Shown piece after piece: positions 7,931 through 16,782 of a stretch of DNA of 64,000 nucleotides. The position numbers and the translations under genes were made by a program. This DNA is from an uncultured Holophagales bacterium (GTDB lineage: Bacteria > Acidobacteriota > Thermoanaerobaculia > UBA5066), in assembly GCA_963696015.1 (NCBI GenBank), contig CAVOJA010000006.1, positions 523 to 64,522 on the forward strand, in the 5' to 3' direction. The notes beneath the pieces were generated by a model, which did not search any database, was not told where the DNA came from, and saw nothing but the letters and a program-made list of their open reading frames with translations. The stretch's first letter is position 1, and each line of letters opens with the position of its first letter.

Positions 7931-9481
7931 TCACGCTTCGACGACGACGTCGTATCCCTCGTGATGCAGATGCTCGTCCACCTGGACGTGGATCGGCATC
8001 CCGACATGTTCCTGGAGGTCCTCGATGAGGTGGCGCTCGTCGGAGGAGAGGGCCCTCGAGATCTCGGGGTGGACGCGCAGGACGAGGGCGTGCCCCTCGC
8101 CCGAAGCGGTCCGCTTGAGGATCTCGCGGCGGATCTCGAGGAGGATCGTCGGGACGCTCTTGATGCGGCCCGAGCCCGAGCAGTAGGGGCAGGGCATCGT
8201 GAGAGCCCTCTCGAGGCTCTGTCGTTGCCGCTTGCGGGTAATTTCGACGAGCCCGAACTCGGAGACGGGGAGCATTCGGTTCTTGGACCGGTCGTTCTTC
8301 AGCTCGGCCTCGAGGGCCGTGACGAGCTCCTGGCGGTGATCCTCCTCTTCCATGTCGATGAAGTCGACGACGAGGAGCCCGCCCAGGTCGCGCAGCCGGA
8401 TCTGCCGGACGATCTCGTGGACGGCTTCCATGTTCGTGCGCAGGGCGGTGTCCTCGAGCCGTTTCTTGCCGATGTACTTGCCCGTGTTGACGTCGATGGC
8501 CACGAGCGCCTCGGTCTGGTTGATGACGATGTAGCCGCCCGACTTGAGCCAGACCTTCGACTTGAGGGCGTTCTCGATCTCCTGCTCGACGCCGAGCTCC
8601 TCGAAGAGGGGGCTCGACTTCCTGTAGAGCTTCACCTTGACGACGAGGTTCGGCTGCACCTGGTCGAGGAACTCGACGATCCGCCGGTACTCCTCGTCGT
8701 CGTCGACCCAGAGGACGGAGAACTCCTGGGCGAAGATGTCGCGCGCGGCCCTCAGCGTCAGGTCGAGGTCCCGGTGCAGGAGGGCCGGGGCGCCCGAGCG
8801 CTCGGCCCGCTTCCTGATCTGCTCCCAGAGGCGGCCGAGGTAGCGCTTGTCGGCGGCGAACTCGTCGGCCGAGCGTCCCTCCCCGGCGGTCCTCACGATG
8901 AAGCCGCCGGGGCCCTTCCTGAGGGAGGTGAGGATGTCGCGCAGGCGGACGCGCTCCTCCTCGTTCTCGATGCGGCGCGAGACGCCGACGTGGTCGATCG
9001 TCGGCATGTAGACGAGCGAGCGTCCGGGGAACGTGACGTGGGTCGTGATCCGCACGCCCTTGTGGGCGATCTGGTCCTTCGTCACCTGGACGACGAGCTC
9101 CTGCCCCTCGCGCAGCAGCTCGTCGATGGAGGGGAGCGGCGCCCGGACGGGGGGCTCCGCGTCGACGGTCGCGGACGCCGCCACGGCGGGCACGTCGACC
9201 TCGGCCTCGGCTCCGTTCTCTTCCATCCCGCCGAAGCGGTCGAAGTCCTCGACCTCCTCGCCGACGTCAGCGACGTAGAGGAAGGCGTCCTTTTCGAGGC
9301 CGATGTCGACGAAGGCCGACTGCATCCCCGGCAGGACCCGCGTCACGCGCCCCTTGTAGATGTTGCCGACGACGCCCCGCTGCTTTCGGCGTTCGATCTG
9401 GACTTCGGCGACGCGGCCGTCCTCGAGGACGGCCACCCGGGTCTCGCGGTCGTTTGCGGAGATGAGGAGCTCTTTCTGCAT
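7931..9481 (-). CDS. rng: Ribonuclease G (RNase E/G family)
   Basis: 516 aa. Has an S1-domain start (MQKELLISANDRETRVAVLEDGRVAEVQIERRKQRGVVGNIYKGRVTRVLPGMQSAFVDIG), plus DFIDM and CPYCSGSGR motifs. The size fits RNase G, and it lies downstream of the mre/mrd genes as in many bacteria. Confidence 0.9.
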   Translation of the reverse strand: MQKELLISANDRETRVAVLEDGRVAEVQIERRKQRGVVGNIYKGRVTRVLPGMQSAFVDIGLEKDAFLYVADVGEEVEDFDRFGGMEENGAEAEVDVPAVAASATVDAEPPVRAPLPSIDELLREGQELVVQVTKDQIAHKGVRITTHVTFPGRSLVYMPTIDHVGVSRRIENEEERVRLRDILTSLRKGPGGFIVRTAGEGRSADEFAADKRYLGRLWEQIRKRAERSGAPALLHRDLDLTLRAARDIFAQEFSVLWVDDDEEYRRIVEFLDQVQPNLVVKVKLYRKSSPLFEELGVEQEIENALKSKVWLKSGGYIVINQTEALVAIDVNTGKYIGKKRLEDTALRTNMEAVHEIVRQIRLRDLGGLLVVDFIDMEEEDHRQELVTALEAELKNDRSKNRMLPVSEFGLVEITRKRQRQSLERALTMPCPYCSGSGRIKSVPTILLEIRREILKRTASGEGHALVLRVHPEISRALSSDERHLIEDLQEHVGMPIHVQVDEHLHHEGYDVVVEA

Positions 9482-9626
9482 GTCTGTGTCCAGTCTAGTC
9501 TTCCACCGTGCTGCGCTCGACCCGGGGGCACGGGGGCTTCGCTGATGATGATCTCGGGGAACCCGGACGCCGGGGGAGCCGGGGGTGGGGCCCCGGCGAG
9601 TCGAACCCCTCCGCGCGGGTTGTTCT

Positions 9627-10727
9627 TTAGACGTTGACGAACCGGCGCTGGGCCACGGAGAGGACGAGGCCGGTCATCGCCCAGGTTGCGATGATCGACG
9701 AGCCTCCGTAGGAGACGAACGGCAGGGTGATGCCCGTCGTCGGCAGAAGCCCGACGTTCATGGCGATGTTCGCCGCGGCCTGCGCCACGACGTTCAGGAT
9801 GACGAGGAGGACGAGCATCGAGCCGCCCCGGTCCCGCGCGTCGCGCGCGATGGCGACCCCCCGGGCGAGGAGGAGGCCGTAAAGGCCGACGACGGTGGCG
9901 ACGCCGGCGAACCCACGCTCTTCGGCGAGGGCGGCGAAGATGAAGTCGGAGTGTCGCACCGGGAGAAAGCCGAGCCGGCTCTGGGTCCCTTCCTTCCACC
10001 CCTTGCCGAGGATTCCGCCCGAACCGATGGCGATTCGCGCCTGGCGCACCTGGTAGCCGGCGCCGCGGGCGGCGAGGTCCGGGTCGAGGAAGGTCCGGAT
10101 CCGGTCCTTCTGGTAGTCCTTCAGGACGAACCACGACGCGCCGACCGCGAGCGCGCCTGCCAGCAGGAGGGCTCCCCAGACGCGGCCCGGAAGCCCTCCG
10201 AGGTAGAGCGCCGCGAGGAGGAAGGGGCCGTACGTGAGAGCCACGCCGAGGTCGGGCTGGAGGAGGACGAGGGCCATCGGGAGTGCGACGACGCCGACGA
10301 GAGCGATGACCGTCCGGGACGAGAGGAAGGAGCGGTCGTCGTTCTCGAGGATCCAGGCGAGGAGGAGGACGGTCGCGATGCGTGCGAGCTCGGACGGCTG
10401 GAGCTGGAAGCCGCCGAAGAGGCGGATCCACGATTTCGCGCCCGCGATCGTCGGTCCGAAGATCGGGAGCCAGACGAGCGGCAGGAGGGAAGCGGCGAAA
10501 AGGCCTGGCGATGCCCTCAGGAGGAGGCGGTAGTCGAAAACGGCGAAGAACGTCGCGACCACCAGGCCCACGACGAGGAAGAGGGCCTGCCGGCCGCCCA
10601 GGCCGCCGCGGGGGGTTCCGGAGGTCGTCGAGACGACCATGGCGATGCCGATGCCGGAGAGGACGAGCGCGGCGAGCAGAAGCGGGACGTCGAGGCGCCG
10701 CGGGAGCGCCTCGGAGAGGCGCGCCAC
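9627..10727 (-). CDS. rodA: Rod shape-determining protein RodA (SEDS family)
   Basis: 366-aa polytopic FtsW/RodA/SpoVE-type sequence (PSELARI, GSGGILGKGW, SDFIFAALAEE, TGITLPFVSYGGSS). It lies immediately downstream of PBP2. GTG start. Confidence 0.9.
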   Translation of the reverse strand: MARLSEALPRRLDVPLLLAALVLSGIGIAMVVSTTSGTPRGGLGGRQALFLVVGLVVATFFAVFDYRLLLRASPGLFAASLLPLVWLPIFGPTIAGAKSWIRLFGGFQLQPSELARIATVLLLAWILENDDRSFLSSRTVIALVGVVALPMALVLLQPDLGVALTYGPFLLAALYLGGLPGRVWGALLLAGALAVGASWFVLKDYQKDRIRTFLDPDLAARGAGYQVRQARIAIGSGGILGKGWKEGTQSRLGFLPVRHSDFIFAALAEERGFAGVATVVGLYGLLLARGVAIARDARDRGGSMLVLLVILNVVAQAAANIAMNVGLLPTTGITLPFVSYGGSSIIATWAMTGLVLSVAQRRFVNV

Positions 10728-10728
10728 C

Positions 10729-12642
10729 TCAGGTCCCCCGCCGCGGCGAGAGGGGGGGCGCGCTTCGCTCGGCGGTCGTGGAGCCCCCGGGAGGCGTCGC
10801 CTCGGGGAGGGGCGCGGCCGGTGGTGCCGGCAGCGGAACGCTCCCGGGGCGCAGGTACGCCTCGATGAGACGCGTCGCGAGCGGGGCGGCGGCCGAACCC
10901 CCGTGGAGACCGTTCTCGACGAAGACGACGACGACGATCTTCGCGTCGTCCTTCGGAGCGAACGCTGCGAACCAGGCGTGGTCGCGAAGCTTCTCCGGTA
11001 GGAGGTGCGCCTTCTTCGCCTCCTTCTGGCCGACGACCTGGACGGTGCCGGTCTTGCCGCAGATGTCGAGACCCTCGACGCGGTATCGGTAGGCGGTTCC
11101 GCCGGGGCTGTTCACGACGCGCCACAGCCCTTCGACGATCGTCTCCCTCACGCCGGCGGGGTACGGGATCCGCTCGGTGACGGGCGGGCGGTAGGCGACG
11201 CGGGCCCCGCTCCTCACCTGCTCTCCGATCCGGAAGAGGTGCGGCACCGGGAGCGCGCCGTCGGCGTTGGCGATGCCGGCGTAGGCGCGGGCCGCCTGGA
11301 GCGCCGAGACGAGGAGCGGTCCCTGGCCGATGGCGACGGAGATCGTCTCGCCCGGATACCAGGCGTGCTTTCGGACCGCCCTGCTCCATTCGGGCGAAGG
11401 GACCGTCCCCGTCTTTTCCGGACCGAGGTCGACGCCGGTCGTCCGGCTGAATCCGAAGGTGCGGGCCGTCCTGGCGAGGACGTCGATGCCGAGCCTCTTC
11501 CCCATCGTGTAGAAGTAGGCGTCGCAGGAGACCTGAAGCGCCGTGCGCAGGTCGACGGTCCCGTGAACGCCGTGGCAACGGAACCGGCGGCCGTAGAAGT
11601 TGACGGATCCGGGGCAGTGGACCGTCTCGGAGGCGTCGATCCCGTTCGTCAGAGCGGCATAGGCGACGAAGGCCTTCCAGATCGAGCCGGGCGAGTAGAC
11701 GTTCTGGATGGCCCTGTTCTGGAGCGGCCGGTCCTCGTTGCCGACGATCGCCTCCCACTCGGTACGGCTGACGCGGCGGGAGAAGACGTTCGGGTCGAAG
11801 GCCGGGGCCGAGACGAACGCGAGGACCTCCCCGGTCTTCGGGTCGAGGGCGACCGCGGTACCGACCTTGTCGCGAAAGTAGTCGTCGGCGAGCCGCTGGA
11901 GGTCCAGGTCGATGTTCAGGACGAGCGTGTTCCCGGGAAGAGGGTCGACGCGGTCGAGCTCGGCGACCTCGCGCCCGAACGAGTCGATGACGAAGGTCCT
12001 GAGCCCCGACGTCCCCGCGAGGAGGTCCTGGTAGGCGGCCTCGATGCCGTTCTGCCCGATCGCCTCCCCGGCGCGAACGCGGCCGGCCCGGGCGGCGAGC
12101 TGGTCGGGGCCGGCCTCGCCGAGGTGGCCGAGGAGATGCGCCGTGACCGAACCGTACGTGTAGACGCGGCGCTCGGTCGTCTGCACCACGAGCTCGGGGT
12201 GCTCGAGGGCATGGGCCTCGACGGAGCCGACCTCGGCGACGGTCAGGTCGTCGTCGAGAACGACCGGGATGAAGTCGTAGCTCGTCCGCGAGCGCTCGAC
12301 GCGTCGGCGAAGGTCGTCCAGGCCGCGTCCGAGGAGGCCCGACACGAAACGGAGGGAGCCGTCGACGTCCTGCGTCTCCCGCCGGTAGAGCAGGAGCGTG
12401 AAGGACGGTTCGTTCTCGGCGAGGAGCCTCCCGTGGCGATCGAGGATGAAGCCGCGCGAGGCGCTGATGGGGACGGAGCGCTGCCGGTTGTTCTCCGCCT
12501 GGCGGGCGTACTCGTCGCCGCGGAAGACCTGGTGGACCCAGTAGACGCCGAGCAGGAGCGCCAGGAAGGAGAACGCGCCTGCAGCGAGCCGGTCGATCCG
12601 GAGGAGTAGGGGTCGGCGGTCCTCGCGGGCGCTCGCGGGCAT
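10729..12642 (-). CDS. mrdA: Penicillin-binding protein 2 (elongasome transpeptidase)
   Basis: Start chosen at the ATG at 12642 (MPASAREDRRPLLLRIDRL, followed by a TM helix). Transpeptidase motifs are present: SPGSIWK (SxxK), SCD (SxN-like) and KTGT. The longest ORF start (12795) lies inside mreD. Confidence 0.9.
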   Translation of the reverse strand: MPASAREDRRPLLLRIDRLAAGAFSFLALLLGVYWVHQVFRGDEYARQAENNRQRSVPISASRGFILDRHGRLLAENEPSFTLLLYRRETQDVDGSLRFVSGLLGRGLDDLRRRVERSRTSYDFIPVVLDDDLTVAEVGSVEAHALEHPELVVQTTERRVYTYGSVTAHLLGHLGEAGPDQLAARAGRVRAGEAIGQNGIEAAYQDLLAGTSGLRTFVIDSFGREVAELDRVDPLPGNTLVLNIDLDLQRLADDYFRDKVGTAVALDPKTGEVLAFVSAPAFDPNVFSRRVSRTEWEAIVGNEDRPLQNRAIQNVYSPGSIWKAFVAYAALTNGIDASETVHCPGSVNFYGRRFRCHGVHGTVDLRTALQVSCDAYFYTMGKRLGIDVLARTARTFGFSRTTGVDLGPEKTGTVPSPEWSRAVRKHAWYPGETISVAIGQGPLLVSALQAARAYAGIANADGALPVPHLFRIGEQVRSGARVAYRPPVTERIPYPAGVRETIVEGLWRVVNSPGGTAYRYRVEGLDICGKTGTVQVVGQKEAKKAHLLPEKLRDHAWFAAFAPKDDAKIVVVVFVENGLHGGSAAAPLATRLIEAYLRPGSVPLPAPPAAPLPEATPPGGSTTAERSAPPLSPRRGT

Positions 12643-12655
12643 CTTGCGCCTCGGA

Positions 12656-13150
12656 CTATGCCAGCTTCCGTCGCCGCCGGGCCGCCCGGGCTTCCTTCCA
12701 CGGGTAGCGGAGGCCGGCCTGGAGGAGAGCGGCGAGGACGCCGGTTCCCGCAGCGCGGAGGGTGAGGGAGAGGAGATCGGGAAGGAGCGGCTCACCCCTG
12801 AGGACCCAGAGGAGTCCGGTCAGGACGAGGCTGTCGAGAGCGACGGCGGCCCAGGCGAGGATGCCGAACATGACCGGCTTCTCGACCAGAGCGCGCGCCC
12901 CGATCGCCGCCATCAGGTAGGCGAGGAGGACCTTGGAGAATGCGTTCAGGCCGAGGAGCCTCACCGGCGAGGTGAGGGCGTCCTGGGCAAGGCCGGCGAG
13001 GAGCCCCGTGAGCATCGACGGGATCGCGCGCCCCCGGCGGGACACGGACGCGACCGGGAGAAGGAAGAGGTCGGGGGGGTGGGGGAGCCGCAGCACCCCG
13101 AGGAGGAGCGTGGCGAGCGCCGCCAGGGCGACGCCCAGGATCGCGGTCAC
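12656..13150 (-). CDS. mreD: Rod shape-determining protein MreD
   Basis: 164-aa hydrophobic protein between mreC and mrdA. Its GTG start overlaps the mreC stop (GTGA). Confidence 0.7.
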   Translation of the reverse strand: MTAILGVALAALATLLLGVLRLPHPPDLFLLPVASVSRRGRAIPSMLTGLLAGLAQDALTSPVRLLGLNAFSKVLLAYLMAAIGARALVEKPVMFGILAWAAVALDSLVLTGLLWVLRGEPLLPDLLSLTLRAAGTGVLAALLQAGLRYPWKEARAARRRRKLA

Positions 13151-14018
13151 GATCCCGGTCGCGCCGGGAACGGAGGACCGGACGCGGGCGCGGGCACGTC
13201 GGGCCGGATGGGAGGGAAGACGAAGACGAGCGTTTCGCGCATCGGGTCGGCCGCGACCGCGACCGGAAGCTCCAGGAAGAGCGAGGAGCCCGGGCGTCTC
13301 ACGGCGGAGATCTTCCCGACGAGGAGGCCGCGCGGGTAGATCCCGTCCGTGCCCGCGGTGACGACCTCGTCTCCCACCGCGACGTCGGCGATGGCCGGTA
13401 CGTACTGGAGGGCTGCGCCCGAGGCGCCGTCGCCGCGCGCGACGGCGGCGCGGCCGGTTCGCGGGAGCAGGATTCCCGTCGCCGCGGTCCGGTCGGAGAG
13501 GAGCTGGACGCGGGCGCCCCGTTCCCCCGCCGCCACGACGCGGCCGAGCAGGCCGGCCTCGCCCACGACCGCCCCTCCCGGAACGATGCCGTCGGCGCGG
13601 CCGCGGTCCAGGAGCGCGGTCTGGAACGGCCCGGCGGTCTCCACGACGACGATCCGCGCGGGGCGGGTTCCCACGGGGGGGACGGGACGGCGCCGAGGAG
13701 CTTCACCATCCGGTCCTTCTCGAGCCCGGCCTCCCGCAGGGCATGGAGCCGCACCTCCATGCTCGTCACGCGTGCCCTCAGGGCTTCGTTCTCGGCCCGG
13801 AGGGCGGCCAGGGAGTAGAAACGCTCCCTCGCCGCGGCCGCGGTGGACCGGAGGCCGGTCGCCCCGCGCACCAGGACCGACGAGGCGTCGAGGAGCCATT
13901 CCTCGCCGAGCGTTCCGCCCCCCGCCCTCCTCACTTGCACCGAGAGGAGGACGATGCAGCTGCCGAGGAGCGCCGCGAGGACGAGCGCTGGCCGTGCGGG
14001 AGAGAGCGGAGCGGCCAC
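13147..14018 (-). pseudogene. mreC: Rod shape-determining protein MreC, interrupted by an apparent 1-nt deletion in a C7 run (minus strand; G7 at 13675-13681 on plus)
   Basis: The N-terminal part reads in the frame of ORF 13299..14018 (TM helix, coiled coil ...ENEALRARVTSMEVRLHALREAGLEKDRMVKLLGAVPSPP). The C-terminal part reads in the frame of ORF 13147..13899 (VGTRPARIVVVETAGPFQTALLDRGRADGIVPGGAVV...GLLVGKISAV). The switch occurs at the homopolymer. Confidence 0.85.
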
Positions 14019-14025
14019 GGGGGCC

Positions 14026-15051
14026 TCAGTCGACGGAGATCTTCCGGAGCAGGTCGACGTCGGCGAGCATCGCGCCGGTCCCGAGCGCGACCGAGTCGAG
14101 CGGCAGCTCGGCGATCGTGATCGGGAGGCCGGTCTCCTCGCGCAGGCGCCGGTCGAGGTTCTTCAGGAGCGAGCCGCCGCCCGTGAGGACGATTCCCTTG
14201 TCCATGATGTCGGCCGAGAGCTCCGGTGGCGTCTTCTCGAGGGCGACGCGGACGGCGTTGACGATGGTCCCGACCGTCTCCGCGAGCGCCTCGCGGACCT
14301 CGGCGTCGGTCAGCGTGAGGGTCTTCGGGATTCCCTCGACGAGGTCGCGCCCCTTGATCTCCATCGTGATCGGCTCGTCGAGGGGGAAGGCCGAGCCGAT
14401 CTCGATCTTGATCTGCTCCGCGGTCCGCTCGCCGATCAGGAGGTTGTACTTCCGCTTGATGTACTGGATGACCGCCTCGTCCATCTCGTTCGAGGCGACG
14501 CGGACCGACTTCGAGTAGACGATGCCCGCCAGCGAGATGACGGCGACGTCGGTCGTCCCGCCGCCGATGTCGACGATCATGTTCCCGGTCGGTTCCGTGA
14601 TCGGCAGGCCCGAGCCGATGGCGGCCGCCATCGCCTGCTCGATGATGAAGACCTCGCTGGCGCCCGCCTGGAGCGCCGAGTCCTTCACGGCCCGCTTCTC
14701 GACCTGGGTGATGTCCGACGGCACCGAGATGACGATCCTCGGCCTCACGAACGGCGAGCGGCCGTTCGCCTTCTTGATGAAGTAGTCGAGCATCTTCTCG
14801 GTGATCTCGAAGTCGGCGATGACGCCGTCCTTCATGGGGCGGATGGCGACGATGTTCCCGGGCGTCCGGCCGAGCATGTCCTTGGCCGCGCCTCCGACCG
14901 CCTCGACCCTGTTGGTGACGCGGTTGACGGCGACGATGGAGGGCTCGCGAACGACGATCCCGCGCCCCTCGGCGAAGACGAGGGTGTTGGCGGTGCCGAG
15001 GTCGACCGCCAGGTCCGAGGAGAACCACGAGAAGAGTGAGCGGAGACCCAA
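14026..15051 (-). CDS. mreB: Rod shape-determining protein MreB (actin homologue)
   Basis: 341 aa, with DLAVDLGTANTLV, DIGGGTTDVAV and GIVLTGGGSLL motifs. It heads the mreBCD-mrdA-rodA block. Confidence 0.95.
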   Translation of the reverse strand: MGLRSLFSWFSSDLAVDLGTANTLVFAEGRGIVVREPSIVAVNRVTNRVEAVGGAAKDMLGRTPGNIVAIRPMKDGVIADFEITEKMLDYFIKKANGRSPFVRPRIVISVPSDITQVEKRAVKDSALQAGASEVFIIEQAMAAAIGSGLPITEPTGNMIVDIGGGTTDVAVISLAGIVYSKSVRVASNEMDEAVIQYIKRKYNLLIGERTAEQIKIEIGSAFPLDEPITMEIKGRDLVEGIPKTLTLTDAEVREALAETVGTIVNAVRVALEKTPPELSADIMDKGIVLTGGGSLLKNLDRRLREETGLPITIAELPLDSVALGTGAMLADVDLLRKISVD

Positions 15052-15183
15052 GGGACGTTCCTTTTCAGATTATGGGCGCCCGGGGGCGCGGCTGCGGACT
15101 TTGTGCCTGAGATGAAACCGAGCGATGTCGTGGCCCCCGAATCGGGGGGTCCGGGGGGCGGCGAGCAGCGCCCCCCGAAGAGC

Positions 15184-16644
15184 CTAGTAGATCTCGATCA
15201 TGACCGTCTCGCGACGGAGGGTCTCGTTGCCGGCCCCGTCCACCGCGCGCACCGTGAGGACGTTGACCCCTTCGTTGACGAAAGAGATCACCTTCTTGAA
15301 GTTGCCGGCGGCGTCCACGTCGGCCGGCTCGCCGTTCACGGAGACGGCCGAGCCCGGCTCCGAGCGCCCCGAGAGGATGACGAGCGTCCCGTTCGCCTGC
15401 GGACGCGAGAGGATGAGCTCGGGCGGAGTGCTGTCGGGTCCGCCGGCGACCCGGCCGCCCTGGAGCACCTTGAACCGCCGCGTCGGAGACCACTCGGAGA
15501 TGACGTTCCCCTTGCCGACCGTCGCGACGCGCCAGTAGAAGGCGCCCTCCTTGGTGGCCGTCACGTCGGCTTCCGGGCGCTGGCGGTCGTCGACGGAGAG
15601 GATGGAGTCGGGGATGAAGAGGCGGCTCCGCGCGATCTGGAGGCGATAGCGGACCGCCTCCTTCACCGGGGACCATTTGAGCGTCACGGGCTGGATGCGG
15701 GTCAGGTCGAAGACGGCGGCGTCGTCCGGAGCGAGCGGACGGGGCGGGTCGGGAAGGACCGTCTTCGCTCCCAGGCCGCCGGCCCCGACGCGAGCGACGA
15801 CGCGCTCGCGCTCTTCGAGGGTGACGGAGCCCGACGCGGTGGACAGCGTGACCCGCCCGCGGTACGCGGAGACGCCGGTCGTCTTGGAGGGGTCGACGTC
15901 GACCCCGACGGTCGACCTCGAGCTGATGTCGGCAATGGCGGCGTCCGTCCGGACGATGGAACGCGATCCTTCGCCGGTGTCGATGTCGACGGTGCCGACG
16001 ATGAACTTGATCTCCGACTGCCTCCTCGGCTCCCCCTCGCCGGCCCCCGCGAGGGTCTTCCCGCGGTGAACCTCGAAGAGGGTTTCCGGCTTGATCCGGT
16101 AGAAGGTCCCGTCGACCGCCATGACCTCGGCGAGGCCGTTGGCGCTGGTCTTCAGGAAGTCCCCCTCGTAGAGCTTCATCCCGACGCGAGCCGATTCCCA
16201 CGTGGCGCGGCTCGCACGCTGGATCTCGACACGTCCGCCGAGCTCCATGATCGCGGCGTCGTGGCGCATCGTCCCGGCGCCCGAGGTGATCCTGAGAGCG
16301 AGCTGGCGCGCCTCGACTGCTTCCTTCAGCGCATCGGCGTAGAGGGCTCTCGCGTGGGACGCGCGGGCCTTCTCGAGCTTGTCGGCCGCGGCGGCGATTT
16401 CCTCTCTCGCGCGGATCGCGCCGGGAGCCGTCCTTCCCTTCGCGAGGAGCTCGTCCGCGGACGCGATCGCGCGGCTCGCACGCCCCGCCAGGTCATCGCC
16501 ACGGTTCAGCCACCAGTAGACCCCGGCCGAAACGAGAATCGCAGCCCCGACGAGGAGCAACACCCAACGCCAGAGGGTCTCTTTGGAGACGTAGTACCAG
16601 TCGAGCTCGACCTCGAACCGGCGCCCGTCCTTCTTTGCCGCCAT
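15184..16644 (-). CDS. Membrane-anchored FecR-domain protein with C-terminal Ig/FN3-like domains
   Basis: Single N-terminal TM helix (WRWVLLLVGAAILVSAGVYWW). FecR-like segment (RATWESARVGMKLYEGDFLKTSANGLAEVMAVDGTFYRIKPETL). The C-terminal half is beta-rich. Confidence 0.6.
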   Translation of the reverse strand: MAAKKDGRRFEVELDWYYVSKETLWRWVLLLVGAAILVSAGVYWWLNRGDDLAGRASRAIASADELLAKGRTAPGAIRAREEIAAAADKLEKARASHARALYADALKEAVEARQLALRITSGAGTMRHDAAIMELGGRVEIQRASRATWESARVGMKLYEGDFLKTSANGLAEVMAVDGTFYRIKPETLFEVHRGKTLAGAGEGEPRRQSEIKFIVGTVDIDTGEGSRSIVRTDAAIADISSRSTVGVDVDPSKTTGVSAYRGRVTLSTASGSVTLEERERVVARVGAGGLGAKTVLPDPPRPLAPDDAAVFDLTRIQPVTLKWSPVKEAVRYRLQIARSRLFIPDSILSVDDRQRPEADVTATKEGAFYWRVATVGKGNVISEWSPTRRFKVLQGGRVAGGPDSTPPELILSRPQANGTLVILSGRSEPGSAVSVNGEPADVDAAGNFKKVISFVNEGVNVLTVRAVDGAGNETLRRETVMIEIY

Positions 16645-16782
16645 AACCTTCGCGTCTTCAGCCGCTTACCGGCTAGGCGGCATTTATATCATGCCGGCGG
16701 TCGCGCCTTGTCGGGCCGGTCGGCCCGCGCTATCCTCCAACGCTTGCGGCGCCGGGAGCCCGGTTGCCGTCTCGGAGTGGGA

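Noticed and set aside
7680-7964. Plus-strand ORFs 7680..7964 and 7730..7924 in the rng/Fe-S intergenic region.
   Set aside because: They overlap the start of the minus-strand Fe-S gene, the terminator hairpin and the 3-prime end of rng. They have no RBS and an Arg/Pro/Gly-biased composition.
9598-9620. A GGTTCGACTC-like T-loop string (minus strand) in the rodA-rng intergenic region, suggesting a tRNA.
   Set aside because: The flanking bases do not form a 5-bp T-stem for any 7-nt loop registration. There is also no acceptor, anticodon or D-arm arrangement. It is more likely part of the GC-rich 5-prime leader of rng.
15060-15183. GC-rich hairpins after the FecR-domain gene stop (GGGGGGCG...CGCCCCCC and CCCCCG-att-CGGGGG), considered as terminators.
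   Set aside because: Neither is followed by a T-run, and such G/C-run palindromes are common by composition here. They may still function, but I cannot support a call.
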